Source: Streptosporangiales bacterium (GTDB lineage: Bacteria > Actinomycetota > Actinomycetes > Streptosporangiales > WHST01). From it: a DNA stretch of 64,000 nt. The first letter of the stretch is position 1. Each line of letters begins with the position of its first letter. Both the position numbers and the translations under genes were made by a program. The notes under the pieces were generated by a model, which worked only from the letters and a program-made list of their open reading frames with translations, had not been told where the DNA came from and did no database searches. The stretch covers positions 65,858 through 129,857 of the forward strand of contig WHTA01000006.1 in assembly GCA_009379825.1 (NCBI GenBank), in the 5' to 3' direction. This document shows positions 40,103-52,460 of this stretch, piece after piece.

Positions 40103-40105
40103 CCC

Positions 40106-40639
40106 TCAGATGCCGAGGTCCGCCAGCTCGTAGGCGTACCTGTAGGTCAGGCCCTGTGCCTCGATCGCCGCCTTCGCGCAGCGCTCGACGATCACCGCGA
40201 CGCCTACGACGTCCGCGCCCGCCTCGACCAGCGCGTCCACCGCAGTGAGCACCGACCCGCCGGTGGTGGACGTGTCCTCCACGGCGAGCACCCGGCGGCC
40301 GGCGACGTCGGGACCCTCGATCCGCCGCTGCAGGCCGTGCGCCTTGCCGGCCTTGCGGACGACGAACGCGTCGAGCGGCTCGCCGGCAGTGGCAGCCGCG
40401 TGCATCATGGCCGTCCCCACCGGGTCGGCGCCCAGCGTCAGGCCGCCGACGGCCTGGTAGTCGAGGTCGGCGGTCAGCTCGCGCATCACCCGGCCGACCA
40501 GCGGCGCCGACGACCCGGCAAGCGTCGTCCTGCGCAGGTCGACGTAGTGGTCGGCGACCTGCCCTGAGCTCAGCGTCACGGCGCCGTGGACGACCGCGTG
40601 TTCTTTGATGAGGGCGAGGAGGTCATCGCGATCGGACAT
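40106..40639 (-). CDS. pyrE: orotate phosphoribosyltransferase
   Basis: TLSSGQVADHYVD and the PRPP loop VLAVEDTSTTGGS. Confidence 0.9.
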   Translation of the reverse strand: MSDRDDLLALIKEHAVVHGAVTLSSGQVADHYVDLRRTTLAGSSAPLVGRVMRELTADLDYQAVGGLTLGADPVGTAMMHAAATAGEPLDAFVVRKAGKAHGLQRRIEGPDVAGRRVLAVEDTSTTGGSVLTAVDALVEAGADVVGVAVIVERCAKAAIEAQGLTYRYAYELADLGI

Positions 40640-40672
40640 GCCAACGACCCTACTGGCCCCCGGCCCGGCGGA

Positions 40673-41431
40673 CTACTGGCGGCCGAGGCGGCTACTGATC
40701 GCCGTGACCAGTTTGCGCGGCGCACGCCGGGACAGCTGGGTGATCACCTTGTAGCGCAGCGAGGGGACGCTGACGATCACGCCACGGCGCAGGTCGTCGA
40801 ACGCGCCGTCGACGACCCGCTCGACGTCCAGCCACAGCGGCTCGGGGATGGCGCCCTTGTCGATGCTGGCCCGCTCGTGGAACTCGGTGTGCGTGTAGCC
40901 GGGGCAGAGGGCGAGCACGTGTACGCTGGTGCCCTTCAGCTCGGTCGCGACGCTCTCCGTCAGCGCGGTGACGTAGGCCTTCGCCGCGTTGTACGTGCTC
41001 TGCGGCACGAACCCCGCGACGCTGGACACGTTGATCACCACGCCGCGACCGCGCCGCACCATCGCCTGCACACCCACGTGGGTCAGTCGCAGCACCGCGC
41101 GGACGAGCACGCGGAGCAGTCGGTCTTCTTCGTCGACGCTGGTCGAGAGGAAGCTGCGCCGGATCGCGAAGCCGGCGTTGTTCACCAGCATGTCGACCGG
41201 TTCGGTGTCGTCGGCGAGGCGCTGCTCGACGGTCGCGAGGCTCTTGTCCTCGCTGAGGTCGGCAGGGAGCACCTCGACGTCGACGGCGTACCGCTTGAGC
41301 TGCCCGGCGGCCTCCTCGAGCCGCCCCGCGTCGCGGGCGACCAAGACCAGGTTCCACCCGGCCTCGGCCAACCGTTGTGCGAAGGCTCGACCGATTCCCG
41401 CCGTAGCGCCAGTCACGAGTGCGCGTGCCAT
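40673..41431 (-). CDS. SDR-family short-chain dehydrogenase
   Basis: LVTGATAGIG, NNAG and YNAAKAY (YxxxK). Confidence 0.85.
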   Translation of the reverse strand: MARALVTGATAGIGRAFAQRLAEAGWNLVLVARDAGRLEEAAGQLKRYAVDVEVLPADLSEDKSLATVEQRLADDTEPVDMLVNNAGFAIRRSFLSTSVDEEDRLLRVLVRAVLRLTHVGVQAMVRRGRGVVINVSSVAGFVPQSTYNAAKAYVTALTESVATELKGTSVHVLALCPGYTHTEFHERASIDKGAIPEPLWLDVERVVDGAFDDLRRGVIVSVPSLRYKVITQLSRRAPRKLVTAISSRLGRQ

Positions 41432-41526
41432 GCTCCAAGCCTCGCACGCCCGGAAGATCGCCTGGTAAGCGGTCCACAGATACCCGGAGGTGGGCGCGCT
41501 CGGCCGGGTCGGGGAAGCTGTAGGCA

Positions 41527-43005
41527 GTGCGAAATCCCTTGCTGCTCGGCATCGACCTCACGGCGGCCACCACGGTAGCCGTCGTCGAGCCAGGACGCGG
41601 CGTCGTCGCCTACGACAGCCGCGCCGCCGACGTGCGCAGCACACGCCCCGGCTGGGCGGAGGTCGACCCGCGGCAGTGGTGGCGGCAGGTCTGCGAGCTG
41701 CTGCCCAAGGTGGTGAAGACGGCCGGCGCCACGCCCGGCGACATCACCGCCGTCGCGGTCGCCGGCACGGCACCCGCGGTCGTCCTTGCCGACCAGGCGG
41801 CCAAGCCGCTGCGGCCGGCCATCCTCCCCGCCGACGAACGGGCGGTGGAGCAGCGCGCCGGCCTGCACCTCCAGCTCGCCGGCGTGGACCTGCTGAACCT
41901 GACCGGCAGCGCGCTGACCCGGCCGGCGGTCGCGCCGCTGCTGATGTGGCTCACCACGCACGAGCCGGAGGCGTGGCGGCGTACCGCCGCCGTGCTCGGG
42001 CCGGCGGAGTGGCTGGCCACCGTGCTCGGCGCGACCGTGCACATCGAGACGAACTGGGCGCGTGCGAGCGGGCTTTACACACTCGCCGGCGAGCCGGCGG
42101 ACGCCGTGCTCGACGCGGCCGCGCTGTCGGGCGAGCGGTTGGCGCCGGTGCGGCGGGCCGGCGAGCAGGTGGGCACGGTCAGCACCGCGGCGGCCGAGGC
42201 GACCGGCCTGACTGCGGACACCCCGATCGTCGCCGGCAGCGCGGACCACGTGCTCACCGCGTGCGCCGCCGGCCTCACCGACCCGGGCGACCTGCTGCTC
42301 GGCCTCGGCGACAGCGGCGAGCTGCTTGCCGTCGCCGGCGAGCGGCTCGTCGACCAGCGGCTGTTTCTCGCCGAGCACCCGGTGCCCGGGCGCTGGTTGC
42401 CGTACGGCCGGATGGCCACCACCGGCGCCCTCGTCCGGTGGGTCGAACGGCTCACCGGCACGCCCCGGCCGGGCACCCTGGACGCGGCGGCCGCCGACCG
42501 GCTGCCGGCGACCATCGTCTGCCAGCCGTACTTCGACGGCGAGCAGTCGCCGCTGCACGACCCGCTGCTGCGCGGCTCGTTCGTCGGGCTGCACCTGGGG
42601 CACGACGCCGCCGACCTGTACCGGGCCTGCCTGGAGGCCACGGCGTACGGCTTTCGGCAGCTGGTCGAGGTGCTCACCGAGCACGACCTGCGCCTCGGCC
42701 TGGCCCGGCTCACCGGCGGGGCGACGTCGCCGCTGTGGCGGCAGATCCTCGCCGACGTGCTGCGCCGGCCGCTCTACCCGCTGATGGACACCCCGGTCGC
42801 TGCCGTCGGTGCGACGGCAGCGGCCGGCGTCGGTACCGGGGCGTTCGCCGACTGGGCCGAGGCGGTGGGCCTGATCCGGATGGGCGCGCCGGTGGAGCCG
42901 ACCGGCAAGGCGGAGCTGGCGTACGAGGAGAGCTACCAGGTGTACCGATCGCTCCAGGACGAGCTGCGGCCCGCCTCGCACCGGCTGGCACCGCGCAGCC
43001 GGTAG
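41527..43005 (+). CDS. FGGY-family carbohydrate kinase (xylulokinase-like)
   Basis: LLLGIDLT, WAEVDPRQWW, AGSADH and LTGGATSPLWRQILADV. Confidence 0.8.
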   Translation: MRNPLLLGIDLTAATTVAVVEPGRGVVAYDSRAADVRSTRPGWAEVDPRQWWRQVCELLPKVVKTAGATPGDITAVAVAGTAPAVVLADQAAKPLRPAILPADERAVEQRAGLHLQLAGVDLLNLTGSALTRPAVAPLLMWLTTHEPEAWRRTAAVLGPAEWLATVLGATVHIETNWARASGLYTLAGEPADAVLDAAALSGERLAPVRRAGEQVGTVSTAAAEATGLTADTPIVAGSADHVLTACAAGLTDPGDLLLGLGDSGELLAVAGERLVDQRLFLAEHPVPGRWLPYGRMATTGALVRWVERLTGTPRPGTLDAAAADRLPATIVCQPYFDGEQSPLHDPLLRGSFVGLHLGHDAADLYRACLEATAYGFRQLVEVLTEHDLRLGLARLTGGATSPLWRQILADVLRRPLYPLMDTPVAAVGATAAAGVGTGAFADWAEAVGLIRMGAPVEPTGKAELAYEESYQVYRSLQDELRPASHRLAPRSR

Positions 43006-43041
43006 CGTCGGGTGCGCAAGCGCGACCCGAGTGGGAGGCCG

Positions 43042-43836
43042 ATGCCGGACGACAGCTGGGACCTGGCCGAGCTCGCGGCGCTGGCGGTGGACGCGGCGCG
43101 GGCCGCGGGCACGCTGCTCCTCGACCGGCAGTCGGGGCCGCTGCAGCTCGATACCAAGTCCAGCGACACCGACGTGGTCTCCGACGCCGATCGCGCTGCC
43201 GAGCAGGCGGTCACCGCCACGATCGCGGCACGCCGGCCGCACGACGCCGTGCTGGCCGAGGAGTCCGGCGCCACCGCGGGCGGCAGCGGGCTGCGCTGGG
43301 TGATCGACCCGCTGGACGGCACGGTGAACTTCGTCTACGGGCGCGGCGAGTGGGCGGTCTCTGTCGCCGTGGAGGACGACGCGAACACGCTGGCCGGCGC
43401 GGTCTACGTCCCGACGCGGGACGAGATGTACCACGCCACCCGCGGCGGCGGGGCGTACCGCGGCGACACCCGGCTGGCCGTCCCGGACCCCGCGTCGCTT
43501 GGCCAGGCGATGCTCGCCACCGGGTTCTCCTACGACGCGAAGCGGCGGGGCGAGCAGGGCGGCAAGATCGCCGAGATCCTGCCGCTGGTGCGCGACATCA
43601 GGCGCACCGGCTCCTGCGCCGTGGACCTGGTCGACCTCGCCGCCGGCCGCGCCGACGCGTTCTACGAGGACGAGGTGAACCACTGGGACGTCGCCGCGGC
43701 CGCGCTCGTAGCGCGCGAGGCCGGCGCGACCGTGGGCATCGCCACCGGCGGCGCGGGCGAACCCAGTCTCGCCGTGCTCGCCGCCGGCCCGACGCTCTAC
43801 CCCGCCGTAGCCGCCGCGCTCACCTTCCGGTCCTGA
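43042..43836 (+). CDS. inositol monophosphatase family protein
   Basis: LAEES, WVIDPLDGTVNF and WDVAAA motifs. ATG 43042 is preceded by GGGAGG. Confidence 0.85.
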   Translation: MPDDSWDLAELAALAVDAARAAGTLLLDRQSGPLQLDTKSSDTDVVSDADRAAEQAVTATIAARRPHDAVLAEESGATAGGSGLRWVIDPLDGTVNFVYGRGEWAVSVAVEDDANTLAGAVYVPTRDEMYHATRGGGAYRGDTRLAVPDPASLGQAMLATGFSYDAKRRGEQGGKIAEILPLVRDIRRTGSCAVDLVDLAAGRADAFYEDEVNHWDVAAAALVAREAGATVGIATGGAGEPSLAVLAAGPTLYPAVAAALTFRS

Positions 43837-43848
43837 CCGGCCAGGCGG

Positions 43849-44412
43849 TCACTTCGAGCGGCGGCGGTCCCACTCCGACTGGTACCAGCGGTTGGCGCCG
43901 CGGACCCAGAACAGCACCGCCGCGGCGACGACGTACGCCGCCATCGCCAGGGCGGGCAGGGAGCCGTCCACGGCGGCCATGAGCAGTGGCAGCACGTAGA
44001 GCACGGCGAGGACGGTCAGCACGATGCGTGCCCGGCGCCGGCCGCGCTGCGCGAGCGCCGCCACCACGATCCCGATGGCGCCGAACACCGCGACGACGAT
44101 GCTCAGGTCGCGCACGAACTGGTTGAAGACGGCAGTCGGTATGTCCGCGAGGCCCGCCGACGACTCCACACTCCGCAGGAACGACGGGTCGGTCGACCCG
44201 ATCACGACCAACACCCCGAACAGCGCGACCAGCCCGGCGCCGACGTAGACCAGCACCGCACCGACGAGCACCGTCCGCGGCCGGCGTCCCCACTCCTCGG
44301 TGGCAGCGGCCTCCTCGCCCCCATCGGCAGCCGGCGTCACCTCGTCGTCGGCCGGCGTCGCCTTCCGCGCACCGCGCCGCCTGGACCGCGACTTGGCCGA
44401 TGCCTTGCCCAC
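43849..44412 (-). CDS. hypothetical membrane protein (basic N-terminus, about four hydrophobic segments)
   Basis: Hydrophobic segments VLVGAVLVYVGAGLVALFGVLVVIG and others. The GTG 44412 start is chosen because the longer ORF would run through the strong hairpin at 44518-44547. Confidence 0.5.
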   Translation of the reverse strand: MGKASAKSRSRRRGARKATPADDEVTPAADGGEEAAATEEWGRRPRTVLVGAVLVYVGAGLVALFGVLVVIGSTDPSFLRSVESSAGLADIPTAVFNQFVRDLSIVVAVFGAIGIVVAALAQRGRRRARIVLTVLAVLYVLPLLMAAVDGSLPALAMAAYVVAAAVLFWVRGANRWYQSEWDRRRSK

Positions 44413-44517
44413 ATCACTCCCAGGTGCAGCAAACGCCGGCGGCCGGCCGACGCCTCGGACCAGATGATCGTTGCACGGATGAGCCGACCCATGGTCGATA
44501 CGGCGGGTGCAACTACG

Positions 44518-44547
44518 CGGGCCCGGAGCCGATCTCGGCTCCGGGCC
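44518..44547 (-). terminator. GC-rich near-perfect palindrome / hairpin terminator
   Basis: GGGCCCGGAGCCGA-tc-TCGGCTCCGGGCCC, with 14-nt complementary arms. It starts 9 nt after the stop of the small ORF downstream of clpB. Confidence 0.55.
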
Positions 44548-44555
44548 CAGCGATG

Positions 44556-44741
44556 TCACCGAGATTTCCCGGGCTTCCAGCGCGGGTTGCTCTTGTGGAA
44601 GGCGGCAAGGTCGTCGCCCGTCTTCTTGGTCTTCGCCTCCCGGGCTTTCGCCGCCTCGCGTGCCTGCCTGGCCTCCTCGCGCTTCTTGAGTACCTCAGCA
44701 AGCTCCCGAGCCTTGCGCTCGGCCGGCGTCTCGTTGGCCAC
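44556..44741 (-). CDS. small, highly charged hypothetical protein (61 aa)
   Basis: GTG start preceded by GGAAGGGG. Lys/Arg/Glu/Ala-rich, helix-like sequence, followed by the strong hairpin. No homology recognised. Confidence 0.4.
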   Translation of the reverse strand: MANETPAERKARELAEVLKKREEARQAREAAKAREAKTKKTGDDLAAFHKSNPRWKPGKSR

Positions 44742-44834
44742 GCGCTACCCCTTCCGTTGGAGGTACGCCATTCGGTCGCGGCGCACCGTCGGACGGCGCT
44801 CGGACGACGAGCTACGAGAATCCGTTCCTAGCCG

Positions 44835-47447
<2,613 letters not shown>

Positions 47448-47466
47448 CTCTTTCCCTCGTCCCCCG

Positions 47467-47898
47467 TCAGAAATCGTGCGGCGGCTGCCACCGCATGATG
47501 GCTGTTCCGTCCAGCCCGGACACGTCGCGCTCGCTACGGCGCGTCGTACGCCCGGTCGCCCGGCCCTGTGTCGCGCGCTGCAGAGCCGCGTGCGTGTTCG
47601 CCAGCTCGGACTCCAGCTGCAGCACCCTGGCCGCGAGCCGGCTCACCTGTTGCTGCAGCGCGAGCAGGCGCTTGATGCCGGCGAGGTTGACGCCCTCCTG
47701 CGACAGCCGCTGCACCTCGCGGAGCAGCTCGATGTCGCGCAGCGAGTAACGACGGCCGCGCCCGGCAGTACGGTCCGGTGAGACCAGCCCCAACCGGTCG
47801 TACTGCCGCAGCGTCTGCGGGTGCATGCCGGCCAGCTGCGCGGCAACCGAGATCACGTAGACCGGCGTCTCGTCGGTCAGCTCGAAGTGATCAGCCAT
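47467..47898 (-). CDS. hspR: heat-shock repressor HspR (MerR family)
   Basis: [37 protein letters not shown]. It sits directly after dnaJ. Confidence 0.9.
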   Translation of the reverse strand: MADHFELTDETPVYVISVAAQLAGMHPQTLRQYDRLGLVSPDRTAGRGRRYSLRDIELLREVQRLSQEGVNLAGIKRLLALQQQVSRLAARVLQLESELANTHAALQRATQGRATGRTTRRSERDVSGLDGTAIMRWQPPHDF

Positions 47899-47907
47899 CG
47901 CACACCC

Positions 47908-49062
47908 CTAGCGCTCTGCCGAACCGGTGCCCTCACCGGTTGCGGCGCGATACTTCTGGAGTAGTTCCTTCGCTTCGTCGTCCAGGTGGTCAGGCACCGC
48001 GACCTCCACGGTCGCCAGCAGGTCACCGCGGGTGCCGTCCTTGCGGCGTATGCCACGGCCCCGTACCCGGAAGACCCGCCCGCTCGGCGTGCCCGCTGGC
48101 ACCCGCAACGTGACGGTGGTGCCGTCCAGCGTGGGCACCCGCATCTCGCCGCCGAGCGCCGCGTCCGGGAACGACAGCGGCACGGTCACCGTGAGGTGGT
48201 CGCCGGAACGCCCGAACGTCTCGTGCGCACTGACTTTCACCATGATGTAGAGGTCACCGGGGTTGCCCCCGTTCTCACCCGGTGCCCCCTTGCCCCGCAG
48301 TCGGATCCGCTGCCCGTCGGCGACGCCGGCGGGGATCCGCGCGCGGATGGTGTGCTCGCTGGTGGCACGACCGCTGCCGCTGCAGACCGGGCACGGGTCG
48401 TCGACGACCAGCCCCCGGCCACGGCAGTCACGGCACGGCTCGGTCAGCGAGAACGTGCCCTGCCCGCGGGCCGTCACCCCGGTGCCCTCACAGCTCGGGC
48501 ACACCCGCGGCAGCGTGCCGGCCTTCGCGCCGGTACCCGCACAGGTGCGGCACGGGTGCGGGCTGCTCGTCTTGATCGGGACGGTCGTGCCTGCGATCGC
48601 GTCGTCGAACGACAGCGTGGCCTCGGTCTCGATGTCCGCACCGCGGCGTGCGCGGCGCGTAGTCGTGCCGCCGGCGCTGCCCGGCGACCGCCGTTGCCCG
48701 AAGATGCCACCGAGGATGTCGCCGAGCCCGCCCTGTCCTGCGCCGGTCGTGCCGCCACCGAACAGGTCGCCGAAGTCGAACGTCGTGCCGCCGCCTGAGC
48801 TACCAGGGAAGCGGAAGCCACCGCTGCCGAACATCGTGCGCGCCTCGTCGTACTCCTTGCGCCGCTTCTCGTCGGCGAGCACGTCGTAGGCCTCGGAGAT
48901 CTCCTTGAAGCGCTCCTCGGCGTTCGCATCGTTCTTGTTCGAGTCGGGGTGGTACTGGCGCGCGAGTTTGCGGTACGCCTTCTTGATCTCCGCGGTGCTG
49001 GCGTCCTTACTGACGCCCAGGATCTTGTAGTAGTCCTTCTCCACGTAGTCCTTCGTGCTCAC
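47908..49062 (-). CDS. dnaJ: molecular chaperone DnaJ
   Basis: J domain (YYKILGV...HPD), a G/F region and four CxxCxGxG zinc-finger motifs. Confidence 0.95.
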   Translation of the reverse strand: MSTKDYVEKDYYKILGVSKDASTAEIKKAYRKLARQYHPDSNKNDANAEERFKEISEAYDVLADEKRRKEYDEARTMFGSGGFRFPGSSGGGTTFDFGDLFGGGTTGAGQGGLGDILGGIFGQRRSPGSAGGTTTRRARRGADIETEATLSFDDAIAGTTVPIKTSSPHPCRTCAGTGAKAGTLPRVCPSCEGTGVTARGQGTFSLTEPCRDCRGRGLVVDDPCPVCSGSGRATSEHTIRARIPAGVADGQRIRLRGKGAPGENGGNPGDLYIMVKVSAHETFGRSGDHLTVTVPLSFPDAALGGEMRVPTLDGTTVTLRVPAGTPSGRVFRVRGRGIRRKDGTRGDLLATVEVAVPDHLDDEAKELLQKYRAATGEGTGSAER

Positions 49063-49128
49063 GCGCCCTCCTCCCCACTCGATCCGCAGCCACGTGACTG
49101 CCCTGGAAGCTCAGCACGGCGTCCGCGC

Positions 49129-49821
49129 TCAGCTCGACGCTTCGTCGCCGTCGGCCTGCGCGGTGCCCGCGGCGTCGTCGACGGACAGCGCGCCCTCGAC
49201 CGACGCCGGCATGGCGCCGCCCTCGGCCTCGGTGACCGCCACCCGGGCGGCTCGCAGCACCCTCGTCCCCACCCGGTAACCGGGTTGGTAGATGCGGGTG
49301 CACATGATGCCCTCGACGTCCGGCGAGTACTCGTGTGTCAGCGCCTCGTGCACGGTCGGGTCGAACGGCTCGCCCTCGGTGCCGAAGCGTTCCAGACCGA
49401 GCCCGCTCGTGGTCTTCTCCAGCGAGTCAGCGACCGCCTTGAAACCGCCCTGCAGCTCGCCGTGCTCCCTGGCGCGGTCGAGGTCGTCGAGCACCGGGAG
49501 CAACGAGTTCAGCACCTTGCCGATGGTCTCGGTGCGCAGCGCTTCCTTGTCGCGGTCGACCCGCCGCCGGAAGTTGACGTACTCGGCCTGCACCCGCTGA
49601 AGGTCCTTTGTGCGCTCCTCCAGCTCGGCACGCAGCTTGGCCACCTCGTCGTCCTCCCCGGCACTAGCGGCGTCCGCCGCCGGAGCCGGCTCTTCGGCCG
49701 GCTCCGGCGACGACTCGCGGACCTCCCCGGTCTCCGGGTCGATCCGACGGCGATCCCTGAACACGAGACCCGACGTCTGCTCGTCTTCCGGAGAGTTCCC
49801 CTGAGCCGACGGGTCCGTCAT
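49129..49821 (-). CDS. grpE: nucleotide exchange factor GrpE
   Basis: The [12 protein letters not shown] motif and its position between dnaK and dnaJ. The start overlaps the dnaK stop. Confidence 0.95.
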   Translation of the reverse strand: MTDPSAQGNSPEDEQTSGLVFRDRRRIDPETGEVRESSPEPAEEPAPAADAASAGEDDEVAKLRAELEERTKDLQRVQAEYVNFRRRVDRDKEALRTETIGKVLNSLLPVLDDLDRAREHGELQGGFKAVADSLEKTTSGLGLERFGTEGEPFDPTVHEALTHEYSPDVEGIMCTRIYQPGYRVGTRVLRAARVAVTEAEGGAMPASVEGALSVDDAAGTAQADGDEASS

Positions 49822-51722
49822 GCAGCACCACCCTCGCGCTTGTCCTTGTCCTCGTCGACGATCTCGGCGTCCACGACGTCGTCGTCGGCGGGGGTGGAGT
49901 CACCGGCACCTGCGTCGCCGGCCGCGGCACCCTCGGCGCCGGCGGGCTGCTGCTCCTGCTGCGCCTGCTGCGCCTGCGCGTACATCGCGGTGCCGATCTG
50001 CTGGGCCGAGGTGGCCAGCTTCTCCGTCGCCGCCTTGATCGCCTCGGTGTCGGAGCCCTCGAGCGCCTTCTTCACGTCGGCAATGGCGTCCTCGACCTCG
50101 CGCTTGCGCTCGTCCGGGATCTTGTCGGCGTTCTCCTTGACCAGCTTCTCCGTCGAGTACACGAGGGTGTCGGCCTGGTTGCGGACCTCGACCTCTTCGC
50201 GACGCTTGCGGTCTTCCTCCGCGTACTGCTCGGCGTCGCGGACCATCTTGTCGATGTCCTCCTTCGGCAGCGCGGAGCCACCGGAGATGGTCATCGACTG
50301 GTTCTTGCCGGTCGCGAGGTCCTTCGCCGAGACGTTCACGATGCCGTTCGCGTCGATGTCGAACGCGACCTCGATCTGCGGTACGCCCCGCGGCGCCGGC
50401 GGGATGCCGTCGAGCTCGAACGTGCCGAGCTTCTTGTTGTACGCCGCGATGTCGCGCTCACCCTGGTAGACTTGGATGCCCACGGTCGGCTGGTTGTCGT
50501 CCGCGGTGCTGAAGATCTCCGACTTGCGGGTCGGGATCGTCGTGTTCCGCTCGATCAACCGGGTGAAGATGCCGCCCTTGGTCTCGATGCCCAGCGACAG
50601 CGGGGTTACGTCGAGCAGCAGGACGTCCTTGACCTCGCCCTTGAGCACGCCGGACTGCAAGGTGGCGCCGACGGCGACGACCTCGTCCGGGTTGACGCTC
50701 TTGTTCGGCTCCTTACTGCCGGTGAGCTCCTTCACCATCTCCTGCACGGCGGGCATCCGGGTGGAGCCACCGACGAGCACGACCTGGTCGATCTTCGAGA
50801 CGTCGACACCGGCGTCCTTGATGACCTGGTGGAACGGCGCCTTGCACCGGTCGGCCAGGTCCGAGGTCATCTGCTGGAACTGCGCCCGGGACAGCGACTC
50901 GTCGATGAACATCGGGTTCTTGTCACCGTCCACGGTGATGTACGGCAGGTTGATCGAGGTCTGCTGCGTGCTGGACAGCTCGATCTTCGCCTTCTCCGCG
51001 GCCTCCCGGATGCGCTGCATGGCCATCTTGTCCTTGGACAGGTCGATGCCGTTGGCGCCCTTGAACCGGTCGACCATCCAGTCCACGATGCGCTGGTCCC
51101 AGTCGTCACCGCCGAGGTGGTTGTCGCCGTTGGTGGCCTTCACCTCGATGGTGGAGAAGCCGTCGTCGTCCTTCGCGACGTCGAGCAGCGACACGTCGAA
51201 GGTGCCGCCACCGAGGTCGAAGACGAGGATTGTCTGGTCTTCCTGCTTGTCCAGGCCGTACGCGAGCGCCGCGGCGGTCGGCTCGTTGATGATGCGCAGG
51301 ACGTTCAGTCCCGCGATCTCACCGGCCTCCTTGGTGGCCTGCCGCTGGGCGTCGTCGAAGTACGCCGGCACGGTGACGACCGCGTCGGTGACCGTCTCGC
51401 CCAGGTAGCTCTCGGCGTCGCGCTTGAGCTTCTGCAGGATGAACGCGGAGATCTGCTGCGGGCGGTAGTCCTTGCCGTCCGCCTCGGTGTTCCAGCCGGT
51501 CCCCATGTGCCGCTTCACCGAGCGGATAGTGCGATCGGCGTTGGTGACCGCCTGCCGCTTGGCCACCTCGCCAACGAGCACCTCGCCGTTCTTGGCGAAG
51601 GCAACGACGGATGGCGTGATCCGTGCTCCCTCGGCGTTGGTGATGACGGTGGCCTCGCCACCCTCGAACACGGAAACCACCGAGTTCGTCGTCCCCAGGT
51701 CGATCCCGACCGCTCTTCCCAT
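49818..51722 (-). CDS. dnaK: molecular chaperone DnaK (Hsp70)
   Basis: [17 protein letters not shown] and [13 protein letters not shown] 51722 is preceded by GGAGG. Confidence 0.98.
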   Translation of the reverse strand: MGRAVGIDLGTTNSVVSVFEGGEATVITNAEGARITPSVVAFAKNGEVLVGEVAKRQAVTNADRTIRSVKRHMGTGWNTEADGKDYRPQQISAFILQKLKRDAESYLGETVTDAVVTVPAYFDDAQRQATKEAGEIAGLNVLRIINEPTAAALAYGLDKQEDQTILVFDLGGGTFDVSLLDVAKDDDGFSTIEVKATNGDNHLGGDDWDQRIVDWMVDRFKGANGIDLSKDKMAMQRIREAAEKAKIELSSTQQTSINLPYITVDGDKNPMFIDESLSRAQFQQMTSDLADRCKAPFHQVIKDAGVDVSKIDQVVLVGGSTRMPAVQEMVKELTGSKEPNKSVNPDEVVAVGATLQSGVLKGEVKDVLLLDVTPLSLGIETKGGIFTRLIERNTTIPTRKSEIFSTADDNQPTVGIQVYQGERDIAAYNKKLGTFELDGIPPAPRGVPQIEVAFDIDANGIVNVSAKDLATGKNQSMTISGGSALPKEDIDKMVRDAEQYAEEDRKRREEVEVRNQADTLVYSTEKLVKENADKIPDERKREVEDAIADVKKALEGSDTEAIKAATEKLATSAQQIGTAMYAQAQQAQQEQQPAGAEGAAAGDAGAGDSTPADDDVVDAEIVDEDKDKREGGAA

Positions 51723-51752
51723 CAGGTTGCCTCCGATAGTTCTGAACAGAAA

Positions 51753-51773
51753 CTTGAGTTCTTCACGCTCAAA
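51753..51773 (-). promoter_or_regulatory. HAIR (HspR-associated inverted repeat) operator, promoter-proximal
   Basis: The minus strand reads TTTGAGC-gtgaaga-ACTCAAG, against the consensus CTTGAGT-N7-ACTCAAG. It abuts the putative -10. Confidence 0.7.
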
Positions 51774-51799
51774 GCTAGCAGCTGGTTTGGAAACGTCAA
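51772..51799 (-). promoter_or_regulatory. putative dnaK operon promoter
   Basis: On the minus strand: TTGACG (51799-51794), a 16-nt spacer, then TAGCTT (51777-51772). It is flanked by the two HAIR-like sites. Confidence 0.5.
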
Positions 51800-51804
51800 G
51801 ACAC

Positions 51805-51823
51805 CTTAGTGGCCTCGACTCAA
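51805..51823 (-). promoter_or_regulatory. second, weaker HAIR-like inverted repeat upstream of the -35
   Basis: The minus strand reads TTGAGT-cgaggcc-ACTAAG. Confidence 0.45.
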
Positions 51824-51902
51824 CTTTCCCGCGCAGACCAATTCTGCCTGGCGGACAAGGTGGTCACCACCAGGAGAGCGGCGAACCAGGAGAACGGGCA
51901 GC

Positions 51903-52172
51903 TCAGGCGGCCAGGGCGGTTGGCCCGGCGTCGGCCGGGCTGGACGCGGCCCGGGCGATCCGCGCCCGGGACAGCCGCACCAGCCGGCGGTGGCTCAGCG
52001 CGAGCAGGTCGGCGAGGTCGAGACCGAGCGCGTCGGCGGTCGCCGCGAGGACCTCGGAGGACGCCTCCTTGCGGCCGCGCTCGACCTCGGAGAGGTACGG
52101 CATGGAGATGCCGGCGGCGTCGGCGACCTCCTGCAGCGTCAGGTCGCGGTCAAGGCGCTCGCCGCGCAGCAC
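51903..52172 (-). CDS. XRE-family helix-turn-helix transcriptional regulator
   Basis: LTLQEVADAAGISMPYLSEVERGRKEASSEVLAATADALGL. GTG 52172 is the first standard start in frame. The frame is open for 27 more codons upstream, without an ATG, GTG or TTG. Confidence 0.75.
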   Translation of the reverse strand: MLRGERLDRDLTLQEVADAAGISMPYLSEVERGRKEASSEVLAATADALGLDLADLLALSHRRLVRLSRARIARAASSPADAGPTALAA

Positions 52173-52383
52173 CTGACCGACGAGAGCACGCCAGAGCGGC
52201 TCCGTCGGCCCGGTCGTGCGCAGCGGGACGAGCGGGCGTGGTCGTGTGGCCGACTACTCACCCGTCTCACGGTAGAACCGAAGAGCTGCCGGAACGGCCG
52301 ACCGCGTTCTGCCCTGCGCGAAGGAATCGGCCGGGGTCCCGTACCGTTCCCAGGGGTGATATTCGTTATCGTAGTTACCGACG

Positions 52384-52399
52384 GGTAACATCTACCCTG
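52384..52399. promoter_or_regulatory. palindrome GTTACC-gacg-GGTAAC in the XRE / Fe-S reductase divergent region
   Basis: 6-bp perfect arms within the AT-richest stretch of the intergenic region (GTGATATTCGTTATCGTAGTTACC...). A possible operator; function unproven. Confidence 0.3.
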
Positions 52400-52460
52400 G
52401 TGATGCGCTCCTGGCGTTGCTCTCCTGGCCCCGTTGGAAAGCTCAGGTGATCGTCCCGTG

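Noticed and set aside
44413-44559. ATG 44559 as the start of the downstream membrane protein (236-aa ORF).
   Set aside because: That N-terminal extension would be translated through the 30-nt GC palindrome at 44518-44547, and it has no membrane or conserved features. GTG 44412 is preferred, though the start remains uncertain.
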